Source: Diplonema japonicum
Taxonomy: Eukaryota; Protista; Euglenozoa: Diplonemea
Assembly: GCA_964019335.1 (NCBI GenBank)
Contig: OZ025706.1
Span: 124,001 to 188,000, forward strand
DNA length: 64,000 nt
Reading direction: 5' to 3'
Below, piece after piece: positions 22,255 to 33,467 of the stretch (position 1 is the stretch's first letter; every line of letters begins with the position of its first letter). The position numbers and the translations under genes are program-made. The notes beneath the pieces were generated by a model, which worked only from the letters and a program-made list of their open reading frames with translations, did not search any database and was not told the DNA's origin.

Positions 22255-24846
22255 CTAGACGCTCATCGTGTTTTCATGCTTGTAGGTGTACTCTCCCTCA
22301 GTGTCCTTCACTGCAAGCTCCTCAAACGTCTGGTGGAAATTTTCTGCGGTCTTGTGCTTGTCTTCTGCGGTCTTTTGCTTGTTGTAGGTAACTGCTGCGA
22401 CCCCTCCGCAGATGGCGAGGCCCCCGAGGGTGCCGATGAGAGCCCAGAGCCAGGTGAGGTCTGTGTCGTCGCTGCTGCTGTTGTCGGAGACCTCGGTGGG
22501 CTTCCCTGCGGCCAGGTCCACCACGAGGGAGTCCTGCGAGCCGTCCTTCAGGACCCCCTTCCCTCCTGCCGCCTTCACCATCTCGCTATCGATGTCCTTC
22601 ACGATAGTGTCGACGGTGGCCCCGTTCTTCCCCGTCACGTCGTACTGCGCCTCCACCTCCCCCTGCGCCCCTTGCAGGAACACCGCCACACGCGAGGCCG
22701 CCGTACCCCCCAGCACCCCCGCGTCAGACAGCTCCTCCACGTTCAGCGCCGTGTTCCACTCCCTCGGGATCGGAACCTCCTTCCCCCCGGCCCTCTTCTC
22801 CTTCAGCATCGTCACGATCAGGCTCTGCGGCTCCTTCCTCAACGCCGCAGAGGTCTTCAGCATGGCCCTCCTGAACCTCCTCAAGAAGTTCTTCGGGTTC
22901 GACAGCAGATCCTCCGCAACAGTCCTCAGCGACACCTTGAAGGACCTCGTCTTGTACTCTGGCACAGATGGGACAGTACCATTGGTGCCGTTGCCAGGGA
23001 CAGGTACAGGGACACTCCCGTTGGTACCATTGCCACCCGGGACAGGGATAGGGGAGCTCCCGTTGGTGCCGTTGCTGGGGACAGGAACAGGGACACTCCC
23101 GTTGGTACCGTTGCTGGGAACTGGTGCGGGGACGCTGCCGTTGGTACCGTTGCTCGGAACAGGGACAGGAACACTCCCGTTGGTACCGTTGCTGGGGACA
23201 GGAACAGGGACACTCCCGTTGGTGCCGTTGCTGGGAACTGGTGCGGGGACGCTGCCGTTGGTACCGTTGCTGGGGACAGGAACAGGGACACTCCCGTTGG
23301 TACCGTTGCTGGGAACTGGTGCGGGGACGCTGCCGTTGGTGCCGTTGCTCGGAACAGGGACAGGAACACTCCCGTTGGTACCGTTGCTGGGGACAGGAAC
23401 AGGGACACTCCCGTTGGTGCCGTTGCTGGGGACAGGAACAGGGACAGGAACGCTTCCGTTGGTGCCGTTGCTGGGGACGGGAACAGGGACACTCCCGTTG
23501 GTGCCGTTGCTCGGAACAGGGACAGGAACGCTGCCGTTGGTGCCGTTGCTGGGAACTGGTGCGGGGACGCTGCCGTTGGTACCGTTGCTCGGGACAGGGA
23601 CAGGAACACTCCCGTTGGTGCCGTTGCTGGGGACAGGAACAGGGACGGGAGCGCTTCCGTTGGTACCGTTGCTCGGAACAGGGACAGGAACACTCCCGTT
23701 GGTGCCGTTGCTGGGGACAGGAACAGGGACACTCCCGTTGGTGCCGTTACTCGGGACGGGAACAGGAACACTCCCGTTGGTGCCGTTGCTCGGGACAGGG
23801 ACGGGAGCGCTTCCGTTGGTACCGTTGCTCGGAACAGGGACGGGAACACTCCCGTTGGTACCGTTGCTGGGAACTGGTGCGGGGACGCTGCCGTTGGTGC
23901 CGTTACTCGGGACAGGGACAGGAACGCTCCCATTGGTGCCGTTGCTCGGGACAGGGACAGGAACGCTTCCATTGGTACCGTTGCTCGGAACAGGGACAGG
24001 AACGCTGCCGTTGGTGCCGTTGCTGGGAACTGGTGCGGGGACGCTGCCGTTGGTACCGTTGCTGGGGACAGGTACAGGGACGCTGCCGTTGGTGCCGTTA
24101 CTCGGGACAGGGACAGGAACACTCCCATTGGTGCCGTTGCTTGGGACAGGGACGGGGGCAGGAACGCTTCCGTTGGTACCGTTGCTGGGGACAGGTACTG
24201 GGACACTCCCGTTGGTGCCGTTGCTCGGGACAGGGACGGGGGCAGGAACGCTTCCGTTTGTGCCGTTGCTGGGGACGGGAACAGGGACACTCCCGTTGGT
24301 GCCGTTACTCGGGACAGGGACAGGAACGCTTCCATTGGTGCCGTTACCACTAGGAACAGGGACAGGAACACTCCCGTTGGTACCGTTGCTCGGTACAGGG
24401 ACAGGGACAGGAACGCTTCCATTGGTACCGTTGCTGGGGACGGGAACAGGGACACTCCCGTTGGTACCGTTGCTCGGAACAGGGACAGGAACACTCCCGT
24501 TGGTGCCGTTGCTGGGGACGGGAACAGGGACACTCCCGTTGGTGCCGTTACTCGGAACAGGGACAGGAACGCTGCCGTTGGTGCCGTTGCTGGGGACAGG
24601 AACAGGGACACTCCCGTTGGTGCCGTTGCTGGGGACAGGAGCGACACTCCCGTTGGTGCCGTTGTTTGGAACAGGGACAGGAACACTCCCGTTGGTGCCA
24701 TTGCCGCTCGGTACAGGGACAGGTACAGGGAGGGTTCCATTGGTGCCATTGCCTTGAGGGACAAGGACAGGGACACTTCCATTTGTACCGCTGGTTATAA
24801 CATCTGAGAGGGCCACAACCCCCAAGATTGAAAGAAAGGAAAGCAT
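22255..24846 (-). CDS. Type I membrane glycoprotein C, 863 aa, with roughly 46 [13 protein letters not shown] repeats
   Basis: Paralog of gene B with the same signal peptide, module and TM; 7-aa duplication in the tail ([14 protein letters not shown]). Confidence 0.88.
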   Translation of the reverse strand: MLSFLSILGVVALSDVITSGTNGSVPVLVPQGNGTNGTLPVPVPVPSGNGTNGSVPVPVPNNGTNGSVAPVPSNGTNGSVPVPVPSNGTNGSVPVPVPSNGTNGSVPVPVPSNGTNGSVPVPVPSNGTNGSVPVPVPSNGTNGSVPVPVPVPSNGTNGSVPVPVPSGNGTNGSVPVPVPSNGTNGSVPVPVPSNGTNGSVPAPVPVPSNGTNGSVPVPVPSNGTNGSVPAPVPVPSNGTNGSVPVPVPSNGTNGSVPVPVPSNGTNGSVPAPVPSNGTNGSVPVPVPSNGTNGSVPVPVPSNGTNGSVPVPVPSNGTNGSVPAPVPSNGTNGSVPVPVPSNGTNGSAPVPVPSNGTNGSVPVPVPSNGTNGSVPVPVPSNGTNGSVPVPVPSNGTNGSAPVPVPVPSNGTNGSVPVPVPSNGTNGSVPAPVPSNGTNGSVPVPVPSNGTNGSVPVPVPSNGTNGSVPVPVPVPSNGTNGSVPVPVPSNGTNGSVPVPVPSNGTNGSVPAPVPSNGTNGSVPVPVPSNGTNGSVPAPVPSNGTNGSVPVPVPSNGTNGSVPVPVPSNGTNGSVPAPVPSNGTNGSVPVPVPSNGTNGSSPIPVPGGNGTNGSVPVPVPGNGTNGTVPSVPEYKTRSFKVSLRTVAEDLLSNPKNFLRRFRRAMLKTSAALRKEPQSLIVTMLKEKRAGGKEVPIPREWNTALNVEELSDAGVLGGTAASRVAVFLQGAQGEVEAQYDVTGKNGATVDTIVKDIDSEMVKAAGGKGVLKDGSQDSLVVDLAAGKPTEVSDNSSSDDTDLTWLWALIGTLGGLAICGGVAAVTYNKQKTAEDKHKTAENFHQTFEELAVKDTEGEYTYKHENTMSV

Positions 24847-25141
24847 GTCTGTTGGTGTAGAGCCTGTGGTGCGTTGGAACTAGAAAGGAAGAACATAGTG
24901 TTTAAGAAAAGAAAAAGGTAATGGAGACCCCGCCTGTAACTGATAAAGGTAACTAGATTATTTCCTTCTCTTCTTTATTTGTTTTTCTTAGCAGACTCGA
25001 TGCGGATGCACGAGTACCGCTCGTAAGGGTTTGTACATGTGACTGGTCACCTGAAGCCAGATGTCGTAGAATTCTTCGACTTTGCTGCCTTCTCTTCTCT
25101 TTTGGAAGATTCTTTGGTGTACATAAAAACAAAATAATATT

Positions 25142-25418
25142 GCCTACACGTTATACCGATACCAATCAGGTGTTTTAATCGGTTCGAGTATTTAAATAGT
25201 GCAAAATTGGCCTGGGCACGCAGAGGTACGTTATTTTAAAATATTTCTTCCTATTAGAATAACGTTATTTAATTCGATTTCGTTGAAATAACGGGGCACG
25301 TGACAAATATTATGGGTCCTTTTCTTTTTTTTTTTTTGCGTCATGGATGGACAATTTGATACCGGGTATTTTAAAATATCAATTAGATCATGTTATGCTT
25401 GCGCTATAACGTGTAGGC
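25142..25418. mobile_element. MITE-like non-autonomous element, ~277 bp
   Basis: Perfect 14-bp terminal inverted repeat GCCTACACGTTATA / TATAACGTGTAGGC around AT-rich DNA lacking the usual intergenic texture; TSD ambiguous. Confidence 0.65.
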
Positions 25419-25682
25419 TATGTATGTAAATAATAAAACAAAATAAAAGTAATAAAAAATAAAGGGGGCGACACTGCCATCGGCTGCCTGCTACAACTGG
25501 CAACGAGCACAGAAATTAATCACTCCCCGATTTTCTTCTTCCCTCTTTCTTTTTCTTTTTTTTTTTTGTCTTTTTTTAAAAAAGATAACGAATAGAGAAG
25601 AACAGTAAAAAAAGAAATCACAAAAAAAAAAATGGGGGAAAAAAAAAAAAAAAAAAGAGACATTTAAGGGAAAAAAAATTAA

Positions 25683-27442
25683 CCATTAAAGGCCCGGGGG
25701 TTTTGGCGAAAAAAGTGCCAAGGACCGTCTATTTACGAACCCGGAAAAAAAAATGCGAGAGTTTAGCCATAGGAAAGTACACTATACCCTTTAAAAAGCA
25801 CGTGACCCAGGGGGTAAAGAAAACAGTTTATTTTTCATGCAGGGGGGCTTACTTAGTGTTCATACGGGATCGGGAGAGGAAATATACGACAAAGTACTGA
25901 GCATCACGAGCGACCTTGCTCAACCCACTCGAGGGCGCTTGGGCGGAGGACAGCCTCCCCCACTTTTTTTTTTTCCCACAGATGTCGATTTTCTTAACAT
26001 TGGGTCCTGGCGGACGCTGGAGCCTTTGAGGATTTCTTTTTTTTTTCAAGCGTCCCCAGAATTGTCGGTATTTTACCATGTCAGGGTAGTCATTTTTTGT
26101 ATGAAAAATCTCAAAGCACTCAGGGCCACAGGGCATCATTGCACGTTTTGCAGGTGTAAAATTGTTTTTTTTTATTTTTGGCACAGCCTTGAGGTGAATT
26201 TCATACTATAGGCAAAGTCGTAGAGATTAAAGGCAAAATTATAGGCAAAGCCGAAAAGGTTAACACGGGTTTAGTACGGCCGTGCCACGAGAGGAACCGG
26301 ATGCTGTCCGAACTCTGCCGCATGACTCTGTCATGGCGTGAGATTTGTTTGCTGACCTCCTTTTTCGTTTTTCTGCCCACTGTCGTCTTCCGGAGTTGAA
26401 CCGTGCCATGGGGTTGTATTTTTCTGTTGCGCTGAACCTCCGATAGCATGCATACCCATACTCAAAAGAGAGCAGAAGAGCTGGTAATTAGAATAAAGAT
26501 TATCCATCGCAACCCAGTGACCACGATGCTCGAACTGTCGCAGAAGACGTGGTACCGTGTCCCCACCAGGGTAAATTCTAATGTTAAGCGCGCACCCTGT
26601 GCATGACTGCGGCGGAGTACACCTTAAAGCCATAGCGCTTGCGTTTAGCTGGTCGAAAAACGCTGTGCTTAAGGCGGGAGAAGGAGCGAATCAATGCTCA
26701 GCCCTTGACCGGGGGTGGTATGCAGCTTTCCAGCTGGGGGAGTCCGGGAATGCAGCATCTCCACTTTTGATAGTGTCGTTGCCCTGTGAGCCAAAGTGGA
26801 CACAACAAGAAGATATGGAGAAATGTGGCGCGGCCCAGGACACAGCCTATGTAAGGCGTTGCAATCTCTTCCTTTGTAGACCAGCAGTCCTTGACGCCCG
26901 CCCTGCAGACTTCGTCCATCAAGGCGGGCAGAACCCAGACGGCGATCCAGGTGTTCAGTTGTACCACGTCTGCGTCGAATGTGGTGCCCTTGGATGTGGT
27001 GCCCTTGGATGTGGCATACACCTTTGAACAGCTGATAATGGACCTCAGCAAGCTGTTTGTGATAAACAAACAGAAAAGTTGTAGCCTCCATGTTGCTGTT
27101 CGATGTTGCTGGACCCCTGTACCCATGTCACTTCCTGGCCGGTATACGGTTGATATTTGTCCCCCAGCGCACACCACCCTCATCTGAGGTGGTGCTGGAG
27201 TTGGAAGAAGCACTTCCGAAGGTCCTGAGAAGCTGCTCTCAATAATAAGTACAAAAGGACACCAAGCAACCCCCTTGGGGACGGGTTTTTGTGTTTATTC
27301 TTCGCGCAAAAGGGTATATCAAATAAAAAAAAATCGCGGAACAATGGGTCTTAGTAAAGTCCAGGGGCTGTGGGGCACAAAAAGTCACATAGAAAAGATA
27401 ATTCTTCTTAAGGACACATATGTCCTCATGGTCCTTTAGTGG
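25683..27442 (-). mobile_element. Decayed piggyBac-family transposon
   Basis: TTAA on both flanks; TIR CCATTAAAGGCCC vs CCACTAAAGGACC; frameshifted transposase pieces WIAVW..VKDCWST..IATPYIG, WVAMDNLYSN..LF..LLSMGMHAIG, VQRNRK. Confidence 0.85.
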
Positions 27443-27656
27443 TTAAATATAAATTTTGAACAGTAACATAAAGAAATCTCAAATGGGCGGAGACGAAAAA
27501 AAAAAAAAGAAAAAAAAAACTCTTGGTTCAAAACTGAAAAGGGGAATGAAGCCGAGCATCTCGCACCAAAAGATGAAATAAAGGTGTCTTTGAATAAAAG
27601 AGGGTTCCTTGGAATCCCCCCAACTTTCTTCTTTCTCATGTTCATATCTACTCCAC

Positions 27657-29300
27657 TCAGCCCCGATCGCTGGACAATTCGCGAAGGGACACAATGCGGC
27701 TGCCCCACAAGGCTTTGCTGGATTCATATATGAGCGGTGGCTCCGACCACATTGATACAGATATCGTTGTTTTCATCCTGGCCTCCAGGAAACCGTCGAT
27801 ATTCATCCAAGCTTCCTGTCTGGGCCAATCGGAAAACAAAATCTTTTGCAAGAATCTTCTTGTAACGAGATACCCGTTAGCACATCTGTGCTGAGAGACC
27901 TTCCACAGGAGCTCGGAGTGCTGAGTTCCACCATGTGAAGAAGAATGCTTGTTGAGACAGCCTCCTAGAAATATCACATCGAATTCTGAAGGTGGCGGGG
28001 CTTGTGAAATCACCTTCGAGACAAGCGACGGAAATTGTTTCACACAAATGCTGTCGTCTTCTAACACGAGGCCGATGCTCACGTTGTTGCTGTAGAGCTC
28101 CTCGTAAATGGAGAAGTGTTGCGCCATGTTTGCGACCCTTCCTAAGAATGCGTTGTGAACAGGCGTTCGTCTTGTTTTCAAATCGTTGTCGAGTAGCTCC
28201 CTCCAAACCTCTTTCTTCCCTCCAACCCACTCCACCGCCTCGCCGCCCATTGTGATGTTTGCCGCGCCTTTCCATAACCTCACCAGGCTGGCCTTTTCGT
28301 GTAGAACCCTGCTGCGTGTCCAGGAGTCCCTGAACGATGCCTGCATGTTCATCATTCGAAGCATGGCCTCCATCGAGGTCTTCCGTTCCGCTGCTGGTTT
28401 GTAGTGTGAGACCAGAACCTGATCAACACCAGACGGAAGCCCCCCAGTACAGGAATCTCCTATTGAAATGGATTTAAAACTCCATTCTGCACACAATGGT
28501 TTGTGAGTCTCATGAACAGTCACCCTGACGGACTTGACAGATTCAACACCTTTGAAATACACGATTTGCGTCTTACCCACGAGCAGGGGCGAGGTGGTGA
28601 GAGATGAAAGCATTGAGCTTGTTGCAGTGACGAACAGCACCCCGTCCGAGGAGGTGAGGATGGTGACGTTCAAAGGATCGCACTTTGTTCCATGAAGATT
28701 GAAGCCGACGGCCTCGACCCTTGATGGGCTGGGAAGGGTGAGGTCTATGTGGTTTGCAGTTGTTCTCTGTGTTGCAGGGGCCCATCGGCACCCGGGGCAA
28801 TTTGTCTCCACAGATGCAATCGAGAAATTCTGCGAGGCATCGTCAAGATCGAACTTGACATACGCTGTAGGGTAAGGGTGGATGTAGATGAGGGTTGGTT
28901 TTGCGTGTAGTTCAAAAGCCCTTCTCTTCACCCATTCTGCATTGGGGTGTGCGCCCTTTACGTACATAGTCCCGCCGGTGCCTTGAACACGTACACCTGA
29001 GAGTGCAACCGGCTTTGAGAAGCTTCCAATCAATGTTTTTTTCGACACCCACACAACACTGTCGGCTGTGGTTGACCGGCATTCCCCGTCGCCAGACAGT
29101 TCTTCTGCCAAGATTGTAGTGAGCCCCCTGTTAGCGCATGCAAAGCTGCCGCACAGTCCCATCTGGTCGATCCTTAGCATCCATGTCAGTAGGTCTATAA
29201 GGAGGAACCCCGCCACAACACATATAACAATGTGTGATGTTCGAGCATCCCACACCCTGGCAGAGGGGGTCCTTCGGCTTGTTGTCTTGCACTTTAGCAT
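27657..29300 (-). CDS. Type II membrane glycosyltransferase (GT25-like) preceded by two beta-sandwich (discoidin/CBM-like) domains
   Basis: N-terminal TM; C-terminal GLVLEDD, FDVIFLGG, GYLVTRR, NIDGFL motifs; ILTSSDGVLF and SVRVTV segments resemble F5/8-type domains. Start MLKCK at 29300. Confidence 0.75.
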   Translation of the reverse strand: MLKCKTTSRRTPSARVWDARTSHIVICVVAGFLLIDLLTWMLRIDQMGLCGSFACANRGLTTILAEELSGDGECRSTTADSVVWVSKKTLIGSFSKPVALSGVRVQGTGGTMYVKGAHPNAEWVKRRAFELHAKPTLIYIHPYPTAYVKFDLDDASQNFSIASVETNCPGCRWAPATQRTTANHIDLTLPSPSRVEAVGFNLHGTKCDPLNVTILTSSDGVLFVTATSSMLSSLTTSPLLVGKTQIVYFKGVESVKSVRVTVHETHKPLCAEWSFKSISIGDSCTGGLPSGVDQVLVSHYKPAAERKTSMEAMLRMMNMQASFRDSWTRSRVLHEKASLVRLWKGAANITMGGEAVEWVGGKKEVWRELLDNDLKTRRTPVHNAFLGRVANMAQHFSIYEELYSNNVSIGLVLEDDSICVKQFPSLVSKVISQAPPPSEFDVIFLGGCLNKHSSSHGGTQHSELLWKVSQHRCANGYLVTRRFLQKILFSDWPRQEAWMNIDGFLEARMKTTISVSMWSEPPLIYESSKALWGSRIVSLRELSSDRG

Positions 29301-31034
29301 TTCCCCCCCCTCCAATGTTCTTTTGGAATGAACAAAAAAAAAAAAAAAAGAATAGAGGAAAAAAGAAAGTGCGGAAGAAGAAGAAAAAAGAAAAAAAAAA
29401 AAAGAAAAAAAAGAGAGAAAGCAAAATAAAACAAACAAACAAACAAACAGAAAGAAACCCGAAAGATTGGTAGGTGCTTAAGCCGCCAGTCGCTGGTATA
29501 AGCTTTTTTTTTTTTTTTTTGCTGCTCTCGGCTGTAGGTAACTTCTTTTTTTTCTTCTTTTTTTTTCCTTGCTCCATGAGCAGTAGAGGGTGGGGATTAG
29601 CTATATATATATCTTGACATGAAGAAAACTTCATTGAGGGTGTGAATAAGATGGTTTTCTTTTTTATTTTACTACCTCCTCAAAGAAACGCTCTTTCTTT
29701 TCTTTGTTTTGTTCTTCCAGTGCGACAAATACCCCTAAAAGAATTGTGATTTTCTGGAGTGTATAAGGTAAAAAAAAAATCACTAATGTCGACAAAAGTG
29801 CAAGCAACGACGGGAGGAAGAGAGGAGAGCCTCCCTTCCTCCGAATAATGAAAAAAAAAGGTTTTGACAGCTTTGTTGATCCTCAGCACCCCCTTTTTTT
29901 CTTCTTCTTTTCTTTGGCAAATTCAGTTGCCGTAGAGTGAAATCTACAGACAGACAAATTCCCTGTAAAGCTCCCCCAGCGGCCTTAGTGGCCTTAACAC
30001 TGGAGAAGATCGGATACATTTGGCAGTCCGGGCACTTTTGCATTTTACAGCATTTGTATGATATTTTTCTTCTTTTCTTCTTCTTTTTCCCCCTCTTGAT
30101 AAATTTTGGTTCTCTTTTAAAAAGACAATTTTCGCGAAGGCAATGCGCAATGGGACACTTCCGGTTTTTCATTTTTCAAGAAAAAAAAAATATATATGAG
30201 TTAAAGGAGGCCGGTGTTGGCGGCGCCCTGCACAAGAACTGTCTACTTGATTACAGGGGGCGCACCGCGGCCGAGTTGTAGCTTCTTCTGCGTTCCGCGT
30301 CGTGTCCTTAATGCGTGCGGTGTACAGCTCAACCCCAGCCGGTGCGTCCCGGGTAACCAAGATTCTGCGCTCGTGCAGTTTGCTGCCTGTTCGTCACCCT
30401 GAGCATCTGCATTATGTTCTTCCACTCGGGCGCTACCGGTGATGACCGACGAGGAGGTCAACAGCGAACAACACATCTGATCTTTTTCTTATATTTTCAT
30501 GTTATCCCCACCACCTTAACCCCCCAAAAAAAAAAGAAAAGAAAAAAAAGGGAAAAGCGTTTAGCTGCCAACGTGGGGGGTCCTTCGTCCGTGTTACAAA
30601 TATCATTTCCTTCTTTGTTTCTCATTCTACTGGGGTACCCTATGGGCCGTAAAGGGAGTTTGTGTGCTAAAAAGCTGGGGGGATTTTTTCTAAGCCAACA
30701 AAAAAAAAAGGAAAATATTTTCAAAAGGAATATTAATATGGTTTTTCTTTTGGTTTATTATTTTCCCTGGTCTTCAATTTGTGTATTTGAAGATTATTCG
30801 GGCAGGGCTTTTTTTTTTTTTAAAAAAAAGAAAAAGGAGGATACAGATCAGATCAAAAAAAAAAAGATCATCCCCGAAAATCTCGAACTTATTTGAACCA
30901 TCAACACAACGCTCAGAAAAAAAAAGGGGGAGGGGGGGAAAAAAAAAGGCATTCAAAAAAAAAAACAAAAAAAAAACGAGGAAAATATCATCCCCTATTT
31001 TTCTTTATTCTTTTTTCCAATAAAAACATGCCAT

Positions 31035-32696
31035 TTAATGCCTCAGTGTGGGGAAGAGGAGCAGGCCGGTAGCGGTCTTCGCTCCGACCCCTCCACCCAT
31101 CTGGCGGTTCCGCTTAACCATGCCATTGTAGAGGACGTTTTGCGGCGCCATGGTGCCGTAGTTCACCCCCTGGAAGGTAGTGGGGTCGTTCCGTGCGTTG
31201 ACATCCGTAAGCTTGAAGGTGAACTTCCTCAAGAGGTGCATCATGATCACACGGATTTCCATCTGCGCGAAATTCCTCCCGATGCAGTCCCTTGGCGGGT
31301 AGGTGAAGGGCGAGAACCTCTCAGTGTGTGGGTTCACTGCAGATAGCACCCTGTGGTCCCACAGCTCCTTGTCCTGGAACTGCCTGTCAGGGTTGAACAC
31401 AAGAACGTCCTCACCCCACAGGTCGGCGTTTCTATGCCTTGACCATGTTGAGATTTGAACGTTAGTTCCTTTAGGAAGCCACACCTTCTTCCCGTCCTTG
31501 CCCTTCACCCAGTCGTCCTCTTCCAACACCCTGAAGGTCCCGTTGGGAACGGCGGGCCACAGCCTCAGCGTTTCCATGACGCACCTTGTCATGAAGGGCA
31601 GTTCCTTGAAGTCCTCGTACACCAGGTCCCTCCCCTCGCTGTCCACCTTCCTCCATAGCTCGTCGACTTCTTGCTGGAGCCTTGCTTGGAGATCCGGTTG
31701 CTTTGCCAGCTCGTACAGCATCCAGGTCATGGTGTGCCCTGTGGTGTCATGGCCTGCGAAGGAGAAGATCCCTGCATTGCCGGTGGCTGTGTACTTGTCA
31801 GCAGGGCATCCCGAGTGCATCATCTGGCGGGCCAGAGGGCCTGTCGATCTTTGGTGTGCAGGGCACTTGCTGGACATGTTGTCGAGCATGTCCTTGTACA
31901 TGCCCTTGACGGCTAGGTCGGTCCTGCCCTCGAGCTTCCCGCTCATGGCGTCCCTGTACGGTTTGTTGATCTTGTTCATGGTTTCCTCGCTCTCGCCGAA
32001 GAGGGCGAGGCGAAGCTGTGCCATTGCCTCGTGGAGGAGGAACTCGTTCATGTCGACCTGCTGTGTGCCGTTGAGGGACTCGTCGAGGAGCTTCCCGACG
32101 CAGTGCTTGCCGCGTGCCAGGGAGATGGGGAAGATCTCCTTCAAAGACGTGAGGGGCATGAAGGCAGGGGTCAGCTCCTTCCTTTGCAGACGCCAATGAT
32201 CGTTATCCGTGGTGGAAATGACAGACTTTGTGAATGCGGGTGTGAAGTGCCCTTGCTTCTGGAGGTGCTTCGCAACGAGGCGCTGGCAGTCCTCAGGATC
32301 GCTCACAACAACATTGTTCTGTACAACAGGCATCTTGATCTTGCCTGTCTCGTTCTCACGGAAGAAACGAACGACAGGAACCACGATGTTGGCGCTCATG
32401 CCAGCCTTCCCCCCGTGGGCCCGTTGGTACTCCTCCCATTTCATGTGTTCCTTCCCTTCAAACGATGCTCTGGCCATTTCTTTCACGATTTCCTTCCGGT
32501 CCGCTCCTGAGGCTAGAGGGCCTGCGATCTCCATTGAGTAGGCCTCACGTGCACCTTCATCCTCAAGCTTCAGGGTTCCTCTCATGACCTTCTCTACCAG
32601 CTTTTCTTCGTTTTCTACAACCTCTTCCTTCTCCATACTGATTGGTACATCGTGCGCTACGTGGCTTGCGATGGTGTCTAGCCTGCGGGTTGCCAT
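31035..32696 (-). CDS. Cytochrome P450, no N-terminal membrane anchor, PTS2-like N-terminus
   Basis: I-helix FAGHDTT, K-helix ETLR, FNPDRQF, heme motif FSPFTYPPRDCIG. Confidence 0.92.
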   Translation of the reverse strand: MATRRLDTIASHVAHDVPISMEKEEVVENEEKLVEKVMRGTLKLEDEGAREAYSMEIAGPLASGADRKEIVKEMARASFEGKEHMKWEEYQRAHGGKAGMSANIVVPVVRFFRENETGKIKMPVVQNNVVVSDPEDCQRLVAKHLQKQGHFTPAFTKSVISTTDNDHWRLQRKELTPAFMPLTSLKEIFPISLARGKHCVGKLLDESLNGTQQVDMNEFLLHEAMAQLRLALFGESEETMNKINKPYRDAMSGKLEGRTDLAVKGMYKDMLDNMSSKCPAHQRSTGPLARQMMHSGCPADKYTATGNAGIFSFAGHDTTGHTMTWMLYELAKQPDLQARLQQEVDELWRKVDSEGRDLVYEDFKELPFMTRCVMETLRLWPAVPNGTFRVLEEDDWVKGKDGKKVWLPKGTNVQISTWSRHRNADLWGEDVLVFNPDRQFQDKELWDHRVLSAVNPHTERFSPFTYPPRDCIGRNFAQMEIRVIMMHLLRKFTFKLTDVNARNDPTTFQGVNYGTMAPQNVLYNGMVKRNRQMGGGVGAKTATGLLLFPTLRH

Positions 32697-32742
<46 letters not shown>

Positions 32743-33433
32743 TATTTTTTTATATGCCTGTCTAGAAAAGGTTTTGTAAAAAAAAAGAAAAAGGGGGGGG
32801 GTAAAATGACAAGGAGAAAAATAAAATAAGATTATAATAAATAAATGAACTTTTGTTGCGTGTTTGCCCGCAGGGGGGGGTAAAGAAAGAAAGAAAAAAA
32901 GGGGGGGGAGGGGAAGCGCACTATTATTGTACGCCTTTCTGGCAGTATGGAAAAGGAATTAGGTCACGGGGCAAACACGAATGACAAACACATCTGGAGG
33001 AAGAAAGAAAGGGATAAAAAAGAGAAGAAGAAAAAAAAGAAAAAGAAGCAAGAAAACTAGAGGGAAATATTCAAATATCCGAGGTGGTGTCAATTTGGCT
33101 CAGACTGTAGTCATGTTCTTGAGTTCAAATACACCTTGGGTTTTCTAAAAAAAGAAAGAAAAAAAAGAGGGAAAACAAATATAAGAAATCGCACGCCTCC
33201 CCCTACCTTATCCTAAGCTGATTTCCAAAAGAAAACAACATACCGAGAAAGGCAGAGGGAATGAAGGGAGGTTTTTTTTTTTTTTTTGGTTTTTTTTTTC
33301 TTTTTTCGTTTTCTTTTTTTTTTTTTTTTTTTTTTTATGACACATGCCCAGCTAAAAAAAAAAAAAAAAAAAAAAAAAGATACTTTTTCCCCGCTAAAAA
33401 CCGGTATTTTCGACCTTGTTCTCAATGTTGTCA

Positions 33434-33467
<34 letters not shown>

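Larger units (their letters stand above)
15054..22330. repeat. Segmental tandem duplication (~5.75 kb period): tetraspan 5' end + spacer + repeat-glycoprotein gene
   Basis: 15054-15960 matches 20846-21710 and ~16240-16600 matches ~21980-22330 nearly base for base, including non-coding DNA. Confidence 0.9.

Noticed and set aside
16489-24807. Very long overlapping ORFs in other frames and on the plus strand across the repeat genes
   Set aside because: The 39-bp unit lacks stops in most frames; only the minus-strand frame has a signal peptide, TM and synonymous-type variation.
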